Origin: Deltaproteobacteria bacterium | GTDB taxonomy: Bacteria > Myxococcota_A > Polyangia > Fen-1088 | Assembly: GCA_033763315.1 (NCBI GenBank) | Contig: JANRKS010000007.1 | Coordinates: 96,001-160,000 of the forward strand | Direction: 5' to 3' | Length of the DNA: 64,000 bases | Part shown: piece by piece, positions 1-10,764 of the stretch | Layout: each line of letters opens with the position of its first letter | How positions within the stretch are numbered: the first letter of the stretch is position 1 | Position numbers and translations under genes: made by a program | Notes under the pieces: generated by a model | The model's database searches: none | Seen by the model: the letters and a program-made list of their open reading frames with translations, nothing else | Told to the model about the DNA's origin: nothing

Positions 1-15
1 CTGGCGTAAACAAGC

Positions 16-918
16 ATGGCACTGGGACTTGGCACCGTTGCTTTCGGCCTTGATTACGGCATCTCGAACCGCAACGGACGCACGCCGATTGACGAGGCCG
101 CACGCGTTTTACAACGCGCCGAAGCCGCCAAGCTACGCGTCGTCGATACCGCGTCGTTGTACGGCCAAAGTGAACTCACCTTGGGGCACGCCATGCCCCG
201 CCCTCACAATTTTCTGATCGTCACAAAAACGCCAAAGTTCGGGCCCGCACTTGCATCCGACTCCGTTGATAGGCTTGTGCAGGCGTTCGAGCGCTCACGG
301 CAGCTCATGCAAGTGGGCCAGGTTTATGGCTTGTTGATTCATCAAGCCACCGATCTGCTTTGTGAAGGAAGTGAAAAACTCATCGAAGCGATGCAAAGCC
401 TTCAAGACGCAAAGCTTGTCACGCGCATCGGCATGTCTGTGTACGATCCCGCAACCACTCTACAGATCCTGCAGCGCCACGGGACGCAATGGCTGAATCT
501 GATTCAGCTGCCCTTCAATGTATTCGACCAACGGTTCTTAAACACCGAGGCGCTGGAAAAACTGCAGGAAGCGAAGGCTGAGATCCACGCGCGCTCACCG
601 TTTTTGCAAGGGCTGTTGCTGATGGACCCAAAGAACGTGGCGCCGTATTTCGATCCCTGGGCAAGCCATCTTGAACGCTATCGAGCGGTCGTTGCCGAGC
701 TGGGGCTGTCGCCGTTGTCGGCCAGCTTGGGGTTCTCGCTGAACACGCCGTTTGTTCATCACACCATCACAGGCGCCTGCCGGTTAAGCGAGTTGGACGA
801 ATTGATCGTGGCCGCGCAAGGTGCCAATGCGCACCCACACCTCTTCGAGGCCTTAAGCTCATTTAAACACACAGAGCTTGCCCTAATCGATCCTCAACGT
901 TGGCCCGCCGTTCGTTAA
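16..918 (+). CDS. Aldo/keto reductase
   Basis: N-terminal LGLGTVAFG, DTASLYG, IVTKT, LLIH, IQLPFNVFD and ARSPFLQG motifs of the AKR family. Confidence 0.85.
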   Translation: MALGLGTVAFGLDYGISNRNGRTPIDEAARVLQRAEAAKLRVVDTASLYGQSELTLGHAMPRPHNFLIVTKTPKFGPALASDSVDRLVQAFERSRQLMQVGQVYGLLIHQATDLLCEGSEKLIEAMQSLQDAKLVTRIGMSVYDPATTLQILQRHGTQWLNLIQLPFNVFDQRFLNTEALEKLQEAKAEIHARSPFLQGLLLMDPKNVAPYFDPWASHLERYRAVVAELGLSPLSASLGFSLNTPFVHHTITGACRLSELDELIVAAQGANAHPHLFEALSSFKHTELALIDPQRWPAVR

Positions 919-923
919 GGACA

Positions 924-1796
924 TCACATGGCGATGGCGCCCAGAGGCCAGGCGTCGGGAACCACAAACCCGCGGCCCCGGCACACACCATCAGCGTCGG
1001 GATCTATGTGCGCCACCAGCACGGGCGCGGCGGCGGCAAAGGCAGCCACATCGGCAGGCGTGTGCGGCGCGCCCACGCGGTGTGAAGGGCACAGCCACCA
1101 TGGCTTCGGCAAACAAACCCAGACGGCGGCGTTCTTTGCGGTCCGTACGAACTCGCTGGCGGTGCACCAAAACCCGCCCTCGGCACGCGGGTTCATTGCC
1201 TGCGGCCACGCCTGATGATGTAGATGCCGAAACAAAGCACCCATCATCAACACCTCGGAATGAACCGGCACAGGCAAATGCGTGGGCCATGCGCCCTTTT
1301 CCATCGCCAACGCCGGAAGACGCGCTTGATGCAGCGCCACCCGGGCGAGCTTTTTATCCAGGCGATCCACCTTGCCCGGCCCCACCCAATCGTGGGACGC
1401 ATCGGATTCGCGGTAAGCCAAGTAGTACTTCACCGCGACTTCGCGATGAATCACCTCGTGGTTCGCGTTCAACCACAGACAATCAAGCTCCCCCAACGTC
1501 AAGCCGTGCGCCTTAATAGGCAGGTTCATCGCCAAGATCGCCACGCCGGGTTGCGCGCGGAGCAAACGTTCGTGCACACGTTCGAAGTGATGTCCCAAGC
1601 GGTGAGACGATGTTCCATATGACAACGGATTGCGATCGGTGGGCGTCTGCCAGCCTTGGCACGTGGCGCCCACCAAACCTTGCGCCTGCCAGTGGCCAGC
1701 TTCGATCAGTGGCTCGGCCTGCGCCAGCCACGCCACATCCGCCACGAAGCGCGGATCATCCGCGCGGGCGGGCGCTGTGGCGTGGTGTTCAGACAC
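924..1796 (-). CDS. DUF1853 family protein (PD-(D/E)xK-like fold)
   Basis: RLGHHFE, TLGELD, HREVAVKYYL and WVGPGKVDRLDKK motifs. Confidence 0.75.
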   Translation of the reverse strand: MSEHHATAPARADDPRFVADVAWLAQAEPLIEAGHWQAQGLVGATCQGWQTPTDRNPLSYGTSSHRLGHHFERVHERLLRAQPGVAILAMNLPIKAHGLTLGELDCLWLNANHEVIHREVAVKYYLAYRESDASHDWVGPGKVDRLDKKLARVALHQARLPALAMEKGAWPTHLPVPVHSEVLMMGALFRHLHHQAWPQAMNPRAEGGFWCTASEFVRTAKNAAVWVCLPKPWWLCPSHRVGAPHTPADVAAFAAAAPVLVAHIDPDADGVCRGRGFVVPDAWPLGAIAM

Positions 1797-1800
1797 GCGC

Positions 1801-2352
1801 TTAGAACCGGATCTGAATTTCGTAGCGGCGGTTCTTTGCCTTTTTCGCGGGCGTGTTGTCTGGCTTCACCAACGGACGCTCGGAGCCCAAACCCACGGAA
1901 ATGATCTCAGCGGGCGCCACACCTTTGGCAACCAGCTCCTTCACGATCACAGCCGCCCGTTTGGCCGAAAGCTCCTTGTTGCGCGCCGCGGAGCCGGTTG
2001 TGTCTGTGTGACCCGACACTTCGAACTTGTAGCTCGTGACGCCCGCCACCTTCAGGTTCTTCTTCACCTCAGCCAACGTGTTCGCCAGGCTGCGCACCTT
2101 CTTGTCGCACCCAGGCTCAAGCTGATCGCTGTCGCTCTTGAACGCGCATTGGTTCTTGCGGCCTTCAGCCAAAAGTTTGGCGTTTAACTTCGCCACAGCT
2201 TTGTCTCGCGTTTTGTTCGTGGCCGCTCCCACGCCCTCTTTGGCGAGGCCACCGAGATCGAACGCGTTGACCCGCGCTGGGGACAAACCAAGTAGGCACA
2301 ACGCCGCCACACCCAGACCCACTTTGAGGAACACGTTATGTGTTTTGTTCAT
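1801..2352 (-). CDS. OmpA-like peptidoglycan-binding exported protein
   Basis: Signal peptide, GHTDTTGSAARNKELSAKRA, GLGSERP and NRR. Start set at MNKTH after a GAGG RBS. Confidence 0.85.
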   Translation of the reverse strand: MNKTHNVFLKVGLGVAALCLLGLSPARVNAFDLGGLAKEGVGAATNKTRDKAVAKLNAKLLAEGRKNQCAFKSDSDQLEPGCDKKVRSLANTLAEVKKNLKVAGVTSYKFEVSGHTDTTGSAARNKELSAKRAAVIVKELVAKGVAPAEIISVGLGSERPLVKPDNTPAKKAKNRRYEIQIRF

Positions 2353-2531
2353 ATCCTCGATCCTAGCGGAAAACGGCGGTCCTGGTTGAGCCAGACCTAC
2401 ATCCACCCTGTCACACCCTGCAACAGCGTTACAGGCACTGTGACAGCCTGTGGCCGCTTCACTGACGTGCAAAACCGCCGTAAGGCCTGGATTTTGGCGC
2501 CCTCAAGCCACAAACGCCACCGCCCGAGCCG

Positions 2532-2547
2532 TGGCACAACCATTGCC
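2532..2547 (+). promoter_or_regulatory. Sigma54 (-24/-12) promoter
   Basis: TGGCACAACCATTGCC matches TGGCAC-N5-TTGC with GG-N10-GC spacing. IHF-like site on the opposite strand at 2481-2494. Confidence 0.7.
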
Positions 2548-2559
2548 TTAATGGCCCGC

Positions 2560-4575
2560 ATGCAGATGTATCGCAGGGTCGCGCTCGCCGCCGCTTTATT
2601 GGCCACCACCGCGTGCCGCGGCCAGACCGGGCAGGCCGATGATGAACCGTCGTCGCAAGGGGGATCCAAAGGTGGCATGGGTGGACGCGGAAGTGGCGAT
2701 GGCGGCGCCGCTGGCAGCGCGGGCGGCATGGCGGGCCAAACCGCGTCGACCGTCGATGTCACGGGGCAGACGTCCGGCACACAACCTCCCGCGGCCTACG
2801 TGGCCAAAGTCAAACGCCTCATTAATGGAGGCGTGGCTACCAGCGAAGAGGTGGCCATGGTCACGGCAAATCCGGCCTCGCTCAAGACCTTGATCGACAC
2901 ATGGATGACGGATCCTGTCTTCAAAGCCAAGATGCTCGCGTTTTGGTCGGAAGCCTTGCAGCAAAGGGGCAATCTGAACAGCTCGCTCACCGAACAGCTG
3001 CCGGGGTTCACAGAAGCAAACCCTGCAACCCTTGCCGCTGTGAATGAGATGTTTGCGATGACGGCATGGGACATCGTTGCCAACGACCGGCCGTTCAATG
3101 AAGTCGTGACGACTCGCAAGTTCATGGTGAACACCGCCCTGCTGGTTCTGTTGAGCTTCATGGACTTGCCACCCGATGAAGGAAAGAAGCGCGACATCAC
3201 CATCTTTCACAACCCCACGCCAACGATCATTGCGCCGGCCGATTTGTCGGAGTCCGCCACAAGAAAAGTGTTTGCGCTGCCCGACGCGTTTGTGATGGAC
3301 CCGACCAATGGCGGCCAATGCAGCGACCCCATGGTGCTGAACCACGACACGTTCCTGCGGGTGTTGTTGGGTTCTTACCCGATACCTTGCCAACCGAACC
3401 GGCTCTCCGTTCCCATCGTCACGACGGCGGACCTTGAGGACTGGCGCATGGTGGAGTTCACCCGGCGGCCCGAAGGCAGCGTTGGCACGGCTTACTACGA
3501 CATTGCAGCTTTGCGCAAAGCCAAAACGCTGGCCCTGCGTCAACCGCGCGTGGGCTTCTTCACAACGCTCGCGTTTTTGGCCCGCAACGCCACCAATGAA
3601 GACAACGATTTTCGCGTGACCACAAACCAAACTTTGATCGCGGCGCTCGGACGCGCCTTCGAAGACGAGAAGGTCACCATCCCTGTGCGGACCGCGGCCG
3701 TCAGTGCGGAACACGCCGTGCCTGGCACCGTTTGTTGGAGTTGCCACATCAGCCTAGATCCGATGCGCAACTACTTTGCGAACGAATTCTTGCCCAACTA
3801 CCGCGCACCCGCGATGCGTGGAACAGGCGAGACATCATTTGGTTTTCTTGATGTGACCAGCGACGGCGGCGACATCTATAAATTTGCCGAGACAACCGGC
3901 GATCATCCCGACTTTGCCATCGGCTGGACCCAACGGCTGTGTTACTGGTCCAACTCCCAGCCATGCAGCGAAGAGGATCCAGAGTTCATTCGCGTGGCCC
4001 AAGCGTTCAAAGCAAGCAAATTCAAGTTCAAAACCCTACTGCGTGAATTATTGGCTTCGCCTTTGGTCACGGCCGCTGCAGAGACCAAAACGCAAAGAGA
4101 GACAAACGGAACGATCGTCAGCGTTGCGCGCCGCTCGCACCTTTGTGCAGACTTTGCCAACCGCTTGATGACACCCGATCTGTGCCAATCAGACGCCACT
4201 TTGTTGCGTTTGGTGCTGGCCTTGCCAGATGACGAGTATGGCCGCGGCGCCGTGGCGCCCGTGCAAGCCACTGAGCCCACACTCATCAACAGCGGCACAC
4301 TCAACGCGGTTTGTGATCGGCTCGCAACTTTGGTGGTGGACGGAAAGCCCACCAGCAGCCGCATCACAAGTGCCAATGCGGAGGCCAGCTTCGACTTCAT
4401 CGTTGGCAATGTGATGGGCGTCCCCTCAGGCGATCCGCGATACACGCCGTTACGCAAGATCGTTTCCGATCACTTCGCCGCGGCCAAATCCGCCAAAGCC
4501 AACAGCACGCAGGCGATGCGATCGGCTTTCTCATTGGCCTGCCAATCACCCACCGCCGCCGCAATAGGCCTCTAG
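2560..4575 (+). CDS. Lipoprotein with a single CxxCH, related to DUF1588/DUF1585 proteins, partner of DUF1501
   Basis: Signal peptide ending in TTAC, Gly-rich linker, CWSCH..LDP motif, C-terminal FKFKTLLRELL. Start inferred from the sigma54 promoter (ATG 2560 or 2566). Confidence 0.65.
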   Translation: MQMYRRVALAAALLATTACRGQTGQADDEPSSQGGSKGGMGGRGSGDGGAAGSAGGMAGQTASTVDVTGQTSGTQPPAAYVAKVKRLINGGVATSEEVAMVTANPASLKTLIDTWMTDPVFKAKMLAFWSEALQQRGNLNSSLTEQLPGFTEANPATLAAVNEMFAMTAWDIVANDRPFNEVVTTRKFMVNTALLVLLSFMDLPPDEGKKRDITIFHNPTPTIIAPADLSESATRKVFALPDAFVMDPTNGGQCSDPMVLNHDTFLRVLLGSYPIPCQPNRLSVPIVTTADLEDWRMVEFTRRPEGSVGTAYYDIAALRKAKTLALRQPRVGFFTTLAFLARNATNEDNDFRVTTNQTLIAALGRAFEDEKVTIPVRTAAVSAEHAVPGTVCWSCHISLDPMRNYFANEFLPNYRAPAMRGTGETSFGFLDVTSDGGDIYKFAETTGDHPDFAIGWTQRLCYWSNSQPCSEEDPEFIRVAQAFKASKFKFKTLLRELLASPLVTAAAETKTQRETNGTIVSVARRSHLCADFANRLMTPDLCQSDATLLRLVLALPDDEYGRGAVAPVQATEPTLINSGTLNAVCDRLATLVVDGKPTSSRITSANAEASFDFIVGNVMGVPSGDPRYTPLRKIVSDHFAAAKSAKANSTQAMRSAFSLACQSPTAAAIGL

Positions 4576-4589
4576 TTAGGGAGTTCATC

Positions 4590-5903
4590 ATGCAACGACG
4601 AAATTTACTGAAGATGGCGGTTAGTGCAGGCGCGACGGCACCGTTATGGCGATCACTGGCCTCAGGTCTGCCGATGTCTTGGATCCTGGGGGATCGCAAT
4701 CCTGCGTTCGCCGCTGAGGGGCCCAAACAATTCTTGATCGTGAGCTTGTCTCAGGGGGGGGATCCTCTCAACGCCAATACGCCCGGGACTTACGGGGTGC
4801 AGGACGTTTATCACAACCCAAATCCTGAGATGGCCGAAACGCCAGTGGCCCTGGGCGGCAAGATGACAACAGCGGCCAAGCCCTGGTCCACGCTGCCAGA
4901 GTGGGCGCGGCAACGCGCGGTGTTCTTCCACCACCGCACCTACACGAACGCGCACCCCAATTTCTTCAAGGTGCTCAATCTGTTTGGTGCGGCGAAGTCA
5001 ACGCGTGGGTCGGGCGGCGAGATGTTGCCGTCGTTGATGGCCAGTGAAGTGGCAACGGATCTCAAAACAGTACAAGCAGAGCCATTGGTGTTGGCCAACA
5101 CAGGCGCCCGCCTCACGTTTGCTGGACGCGTTTTGGCCCCCTCGTCGCCGAGTTCGCTGGTGCAGATTCTGGGTGGCGCCCCGCCAGGCATCGCAAAAGA
5201 TTTGGAGGCTCTTCGGCAAAAGGATTTGGCCGCGATCAAGGCGGAGCTCGATGGCCGCGGCACTCCGGCCCAGAAGGAATTTTTGGATCGGCACGCGCTC
5301 AGCTTCACCCAACTCAAGGACGTGCGCGATAAGATCGGATCCCTTTTGGCAGACGGTGCCGCCTGGACGAACGACGCCCTGGGGCAAGTCAACGCCGCCG
5401 TTACCATGGTGCAGTTGAAACTATCCCCGGTGATCGTGGTCTCGATACCGTTTGGGGGCGACAACCACACGGATCCTGGCCTTGTGAAAGAAGCCGCGCA
5501 AACCGTCAGCGGCGTGGACGCCATCACAAATTTGATGACCCGGCTTGAAGCCACGGGGCTTAAAGATCAAGTCACGTTTGCCACGTGCCACGTGTTCGGG
5601 CGAACTCTATCGAAACAACGTGATGGCAATGGCCGCAACCACAATCAGAATCATCACACCACGCTGATGATTGGCAAGGGGCTCAAAGGTGGCGTCGTGG
5701 GCGGTTTGGTGAAGATGGGCAGCGATTTCGGCGCCGACGGTTTCGATTCGAGCACGGGCGCCGTGAACCCCACAGGTGACGTCAGAGCCACGGAGACGTT
5801 GGAATCAATGGCGAAAACTTTGGGCAAGGCACTCGGCATCGCCGACGCTGTGCTGGAAACACGCATCAGGGGTGGCAAGGCCGTGCCCGCGGCGCTCGCA
5901 TAG
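4590..5903 (+). CDS. DUF1501-like protein with Tat signal
   Basis: MQRRNLLK twin-Arg leader, GGD, DNH, FGRT and GRNH motifs. GGGAG RBS 14 bp after the partner gene. Confidence 0.75.
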   Translation: MQRRNLLKMAVSAGATAPLWRSLASGLPMSWILGDRNPAFAAEGPKQFLIVSLSQGGDPLNANTPGTYGVQDVYHNPNPEMAETPVALGGKMTTAAKPWSTLPEWARQRAVFFHHRTYTNAHPNFFKVLNLFGAAKSTRGSGGEMLPSLMASEVATDLKTVQAEPLVLANTGARLTFAGRVLAPSSPSSLVQILGGAPPGIAKDLEALRQKDLAAIKAELDGRGTPAQKEFLDRHALSFTQLKDVRDKIGSLLADGAAWTNDALGQVNAAVTMVQLKLSPVIVVSIPFGGDNHTDPGLVKEAAQTVSGVDAITNLMTRLEATGLKDQVTFATCHVFGRTLSKQRDGNGRNHNQNHHTTLMIGKGLKGGVVGGLVKMGSDFGADGFDSSTGAVNPTGDVRATETLESMAKTLGKALGIADAVLETRIRGGKAVPAALA

Positions 5904-5956
5904 CCCCACCGATTGGTCCCGCAAGCGCCCTACAGAGTGTGGTATCCAAGAGGGCG

Positions 5957-6763
5957 ATGGACGACGAACGTTCAGTCGCGGTGTCCCCGCGGCACAAGGT
6001 GGTGTTGGCGCGGGAGCTGTTGGTGCTGCTCGAACGCGCGCCACGCACGGACTTCGTCGTTCGCACGTTGGCCAAGCGCGAAGCCAATGGGCTGCCTTTG
6101 ATGACTGCAGAGATGGTTGTGGCCGGAGAAGAAACGCGTCGGCAACATCCAGCCGCCGCCACGTATCCATTGCACTTCCGCAAAACGTATTTTCCAGGTC
6201 GCTTGCACGGCGATCCGGGTGAGGAATACAAGAGCCATCTGCGCGCGTCCGAGTTGTGCCCCGCCGTGCCCGCCCCGATAGGCTACGGCGACAATGTGTT
6301 TCGCAGTTGCTTGATCCCGGGACGTCCCTACGCCCGGCTGACCCCGTTTGGCGCTGACCCACCCGAGAGCAACATCGCCCTGGCCGCCAAGCACGGCCTG
6401 GCGGAAATGGCGGGGCTTTGGCACTTCGCCGAAGACATGTTCACGCAGCTACGCGCCTTGCATACAGGTGGGCTCGCGCATGGGGACGCGGAACTGCACA
6501 ACTGCATCGTGTGCCCGGCACCCCTTGAATCCCTGCTGATCGACTTTGAGTCGGCCGTCGAAAAGAGCACGCTCTCGGACACGGCATGGGAGACCCGGTG
6601 CGCCCTGGATCTTGAACCACTGTTGCGGGAGGCCGTTTACCTGCAGTGCGGCCTCGGGCATCAGCCGGGACCCCTCGGCGACTTGGCGCTGGCCCGGCTG
6701 GATCAGCTGTTCCGATCGCCCGATAAATTTCGTCGGGCCATTGAAGTGCAAGCCGCAGTGTGA
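5957..6763 (+). CDS. Atypical protein-kinase-like (APH/RIO/Kdo-like) protein
   Basis: LH..GLAHGDAELHN catalytic-loop-like motif and LIDFE (DFG-like) motif. Confidence 0.55.
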   Translation: MDDERSVAVSPRHKVVLARELLVLLERAPRTDFVVRTLAKREANGLPLMTAEMVVAGEETRRQHPAAATYPLHFRKTYFPGRLHGDPGEEYKSHLRASELCPAVPAPIGYGDNVFRSCLIPGRPYARLTPFGADPPESNIALAAKHGLAEMAGLWHFAEDMFTQLRALHTGGLAHGDAELHNCIVCPAPLESLLIDFESAVEKSTLSDTAWETRCALDLEPLLREAVYLQCGLGHQPGPLGDLALARLDQLFRSPDKFRRAIEVQAAV

Positions 6764-7057
6764 CAAAGGCCCCTTCAGGTCCCCGAGAGGGCGTCCCATT
6801 TCGGCCCGGTCGTTTGGGCGCCAGGGTCCCTCATGACACGTCGCATCTAGCGCCGGGGCAGAATTTTCGCATTGGTTATCGGCTGGAAAACTTCCCGAAA
6901 CAATAGCGAGCTAGAACGTGGCCTGGCGCCACTTTTTCCCTGACAAAAGTCTCGCTTTTGAGCATAAGAAGGACGCTACAAGTCTCGTTACATTTGCGGT
7001 TCAACGTCTGGTGTTGAACGCGGTCTGAGAAAAGCACGTGAGCAAAGAAAGAAGGCT

Positions 7058-9244
7058 ATGAACATGAGCGGAAGCGCAGTAAGGCGAGCAGCGATCGCGC
7101 AGGCAACCAGCTACAAACCGAGCGGCCCAGCGCTGGACTATAAGGAGACGCCAGCGGCCTCTCTTTATGGGGTCAACGTGTTCGGCCTTTCGGCGATGAA
7201 AGCTGTCCTGTCGAAGGAAGTTTTCAAGCAGGTCAAGCGCACCGTGGAAACGGGCGTGGCCTTGGACCCCAAAGTGGCCGACGCCGTCGCGGCCGCCATG
7301 AAGACCTGGGCGTTGTCCAAAGGGGCCACGCACTACTCACACGTGTTTTACCCCCTCACCGCCATCACGGCCGAGAAGCACGACAGCTTCTTGTCGCCCG
7401 ACGGTGAAGGCGGAGCCATTACGGAGTTTTCGGGCAAGACCCTGATTCAGGGCGAACCCGACGCTTCCAGCTTCCCCAACGGCGGCATCCGCGCCACGAA
7501 CGAAGCCCGTGGTTACACGGCTTGGGACGTGACCAGCCCCGCCTACCTTTTGGAAACGAAAAACGGCACCACGCTGTGCATTCCCACGGCATTCGTTTCG
7601 TGGACGGGCGAAGCCCTTGATAAGAAAACGCCGCTGTTGCGCGCGGGCGCCGCACTCAACACGCAGGTTCAACGCATCCTGAAGCTGTTCGGGCACGAAA
7701 ACCCCGCGCAGGTCACGTCCTTCGCTGGCGCGGAACAAGAATACTTCTTGATCGACAAGAACTTCTATTACGCACGCCCCGACTTGCTGAACGCGGGCCG
7801 TTCGTTGTTCGGCCAAAAGCCTCCCAAGGGCCAAGAATTCGAAGACCACTACTTTGGCGTAATTCCTGAACGCGTCTTGGCGTTCATGATGGAAGTGGAA
7901 CGCGAGCTGTTCAAGTTGGGCGTGCCCGCAAAAACGCGCCACAACGAAGTGGCGCCAGGTCAATTCGAGATCGCTCCTGTATTCGAAGGCGCCAACATCG
8001 CCTCCGATCACCAGCAACTCGTGATGACCACCCTCAAGGCCGTGGCGGCTCGTCACGATTTGGTTTGCTTGCTGCACGAGAAGCCCTTTGCGGGCGTCAA
8101 TGGATCGGGCAAGCACGTCAACTGGTCATTCGGCAACGCCACACAGGGCAACCTGCTGGATCCAGGCGATACGCCCCACGACAACGCCCAGTTCCTGGTG
8201 TTCTGTGGCGCCGTCATCCGCGCCGTTCACAAGTTCGGCGGCGTTATGCGCGCCGCGATCGCTTCGGCCAGCAACGACCACCGCTTGGGCGCGAACGAAG
8301 CGCCTCCGGCGATCATCTCGATCTTCATGGGCGAGCAGCTGTCGGACGTGTTCGAGCAAATCAAGGCCGGTGGCGCCAAGAGCTCGAAGATGAAGAGCAA
8401 GCTGGAAATTGGCGTGGACAGCCTGCCTCACTTGCCACGCGACGCCGGCGATCGTAACCGCACAAGCCCCTTCGCCTTCACCGGCAACCGCTTCGAGTTC
8501 CGCGCCGTTGGCTCGGGTCAATCGATCAGCGGCCCGCTCGTGGCCGTGAACACGGCCGTGGCCGAAGCTTGTGACTACATTGCCACAAAGCTGGAATCAG
8601 CGGTGGCCAGCGGCACCAAGTTGAACATGGCCATCCAGGCTGTGTTGGCCGACATCGTTCGGGATCACGGCTCAGTGATCTTCGACGGCAACGGTTACTC
8701 CGCCGAGTGGCACGCTGAAGCTGAAAAGCGCGGCTTGCCGAACTACAAGACCACGGTCGACGCACTTCCCGTGCTTACGAAACCAGAAGTCATTGCCACG
8801 TTCGACAAGTACAAGGTGTTGACCCCGCGTGAATTGCAAAGCCGCTACGAGATCTATCTTGAGCAGTACTGCAAGACCGTGAACGTGGAAGCCAAGCTCA
8901 CCACGAAGATCGCGAAGACCATCATCTTGCCAGCGGCGCTTCGCTACCAAAGCGAACTGGCTGCCAACGCTGCCAACGTCAAAGCCGCGGGCCTGACGGG
9001 TGACACCACCGTGCTCAAGCAAGTGACAGAGTTGATTGGCAAGTTGCAAGGTGGCTTGTCGGCCCTTGAGTCTGCTAGCAGCCACCACGGCGCTGACAGC
9101 TTGCTGGCCGAGGCCAAGCACTTCTGCAACGACGTGCTGCCTGCGATGGTGAAGGTGCGTGAAGCCGCTGATTCACTGGAAGCCGTCGTGGCCGACGACC
9201 AGTGGCCGCTTCCCACCTACCAAGAGATGTTGTTCATCAAGTAA
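7058..9244 (+). CDS. glnN: Glutamine synthetase type III
   Basis: 728 aa with [56 protein letters not shown] and a [11 protein letters not shown] end. Confidence 0.95.
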   Translation: MNMSGSAVRRAAIAQATSYKPSGPALDYKETPAASLYGVNVFGLSAMKAVLSKEVFKQVKRTVETGVALDPKVADAVAAAMKTWALSKGATHYSHVFYPLTAITAEKHDSFLSPDGEGGAITEFSGKTLIQGEPDASSFPNGGIRATNEARGYTAWDVTSPAYLLETKNGTTLCIPTAFVSWTGEALDKKTPLLRAGAALNTQVQRILKLFGHENPAQVTSFAGAEQEYFLIDKNFYYARPDLLNAGRSLFGQKPPKGQEFEDHYFGVIPERVLAFMMEVERELFKLGVPAKTRHNEVAPGQFEIAPVFEGANIASDHQQLVMTTLKAVAARHDLVCLLHEKPFAGVNGSGKHVNWSFGNATQGNLLDPGDTPHDNAQFLVFCGAVIRAVHKFGGVMRAAIASASNDHRLGANEAPPAIISIFMGEQLSDVFEQIKAGGAKSSKMKSKLEIGVDSLPHLPRDAGDRNRTSPFAFTGNRFEFRAVGSGQSISGPLVAVNTAVAEACDYIATKLESAVASGTKLNMAIQAVLADIVRDHGSVIFDGNGYSAEWHAEAEKRGLPNYKTTVDALPVLTKPEVIATFDKYKVLTPRELQSRYEIYLEQYCKTVNVEAKLTTKIAKTIILPAALRYQSELAANAANVKAAGLTGDTTVLKQVTELIGKLQGGLSALESASSHHGADSLLAEAKHFCNDVLPAMVKVREAADSLEAVVADDQWPLPTYQEMLFIK

Positions 9245-9267
9245 GCTCTTCACAGGCGTTTAGAAAT

Positions 9268-9304
9268 GAGGGTGAGGCGGCAACGCTTCACCCTCTTTGC
9301 TTTT
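9268..9304 (+). terminator. Rho-independent terminator
   Basis: GAGGGTGAGGCG-GCAA-CGCTTCACCCTC stem-loop followed by TTTGCTTTT just after the glnN stop. Confidence 0.8.
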
Positions 9305-9360
9305 CGAAGGTCCCACCCTTGGGCCTCGCGCTTAGCGCAGCCCGTAGTAAACTGGCGCCC

Positions 9361-9711
9361 ATGACCAAGACCTCGTTTTCAAGCTTCCTCGTTGAGGGTG
9401 TGGACCCCAAGCACCCCGGTTTGGCGAAGAGGCTGGACGACATTCGTGAGTTCCGCGGCAATGAATCTGTCGCCGACCACGAAATCGCTATCTTGCGCAT
9501 CGGCGACACCACGGACGCGACTCTTCTGGCCGCTTATCTCGATTGGATGGGAGAAAACCTGCGCATCACGGACGCACCCAAGAGCTTGCGGTTGCGTCAA
9601 GAGCACATGCTTAAGGTGCTACTGCACAGCGACTTCGACGTCACCACACAAGCGCGTTTGCGCGTAGAACGTTTATTGCGTGGGCAGCCCCCCTCAAACG
9701 CGGCAAGCTAG
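9361..9711 (+). CDS. Hypothetical protein (116 aa)
   Basis: ATG-start ORF filling the gap after the terminator, protein-like composition. Confidence 0.55.
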   Translation: MTKTSFSSFLVEGVDPKHPGLAKRLDDIREFRGNESVADHEIAILRIGDTTDATLLAAYLDWMGENLRITDAPKSLRLRQEHMLKVLLHSDFDVTTQARLRVERLLRGQPPSNAAS

Positions 9712-10718
9712 CGGCGCACACCGGCCAACACGGTGGGCTCACTGTAAAACGGATCTGAAACGGTGGGCACGTAAACACAGTTCTGCATTTGTTCGCGCTC
9801 CAACGTGGTGCCCAACGGGGTGAAGCTGTAGCTGGCGCCAAGCTCCTGCTCCACCAACGCCACAAACGCTGTGCGTGTGCGAAAGTATTTGTCGTTGCAC
9901 AAGAGCACGACGTGCTCCGGCACCATCACACGCAGGCTGGCAAAGATTTGCGGCCACAACAAACGCAGCAGACGCTCGTTGCCCCGGCCCACGCCAAACG
10001 CGGGCGGATCCACGATCACCACATCGAAGGCCTGCGCCGTTTTGCGTTCCACACGACGCAGATGCTTGGCGAGGAAGTCCTGCGTGGTATCGGGCAACAC
10101 ACGCATCTTTACCTGATTGAGTGCCGCGTTCCGTAGCGACCATGCCAAGTATTCACGGTTGGGATCCACGTTTGCGACGTCGGCAGCACCACCCGCGGCG
10201 GCCGCGATGCCAAACGCGCCCGTATATGAAAATAGATTCAGAACCCGTTTGCCCTGGGCCACGCCACGCACATATTGGCGCGCCTTCGCGGCGTCTAAGT
10301 AGATGCCAAAGTCATGGGCCGGATCCAGGCCCACTTCGTAAGCCAAACCGCACTCGCGCGCGACAAGCGGCACCTGTTGAGGCGCGGCTGGCCGTGCGGC
10401 TTGTGAGACGAAAACGTTCTTACCGTCCACCGCGGCCCGCGCTTTGGCCACCACGTGGCTTTGCGGAAAGCACCGCGTGAGCACACCCAGCAACGCGTCC
10501 GCCGTTGCAGCGCCTTCGTCGGGCCCGCAATACTCAGTGCCCACCACCAACGGCCCAAACTGGTCGACCAACAAGCCCGGCAAACCGTCCACGCTGCCCG
10601 CGCTGAGGCGCACGCAGGTGCTCTGGCGGCTGGGCTCATCGGCTGCACGCGCGGCCAAGCGTGGCCGCCACGCAAGCAGATGATCCTCTAGGGCCGCAAG
10701 TCGTGCGCTCGGGGGCAC
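9708..10718 (-). CDS. Class I SAM-dependent methyltransferase, RlmI/RlmK-like
   Basis: DGLPGLLVDQF, GIYLD, RVLNLFSYTGAFG and VIVDPPAF. Start uncertain (GTG 10718). Confidence 0.8.
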   Translation of the reverse strand: MPPSARLAALEDHLLAWRPRLAARAADEPSRQSTCVRLSAGSVDGLPGLLVDQFGPLVVGTEYCGPDEGAATADALLGVLTRCFPQSHVVAKARAAVDGKNVFVSQAARPAAPQQVPLVARECGLAYEVGLDPAHDFGIYLDAAKARQYVRGVAQGKRVLNLFSYTGAFGIAAAAGGAADVANVDPNREYLAWSLRNAALNQVKMRVLPDTTQDFLAKHLRRVERKTAQAFDVVIVDPPAFGVGRGNERLLRLLWPQIFASLRVMVPEHVVLLCNDKYFRTRTAFVALVEQELGASYSFTPLGTTLEREQMQNCVYVPTVSDPFYSEPTVLAGVRR

Positions 10719-10764
10719 GTGCCTGCCATACCGTCTTACGCGCCTGCCGTCGAGGCACCTGTCT

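Noticed and set aside
2596-3747. 383-aa antisense ORF and many similar shadow ORFs, e.g. 7337-8116, 28178-28948 and 37300-38094
   Set aside because: They lie antisense to recognisable genes, are expected in high-GC DNA and show no motifs.
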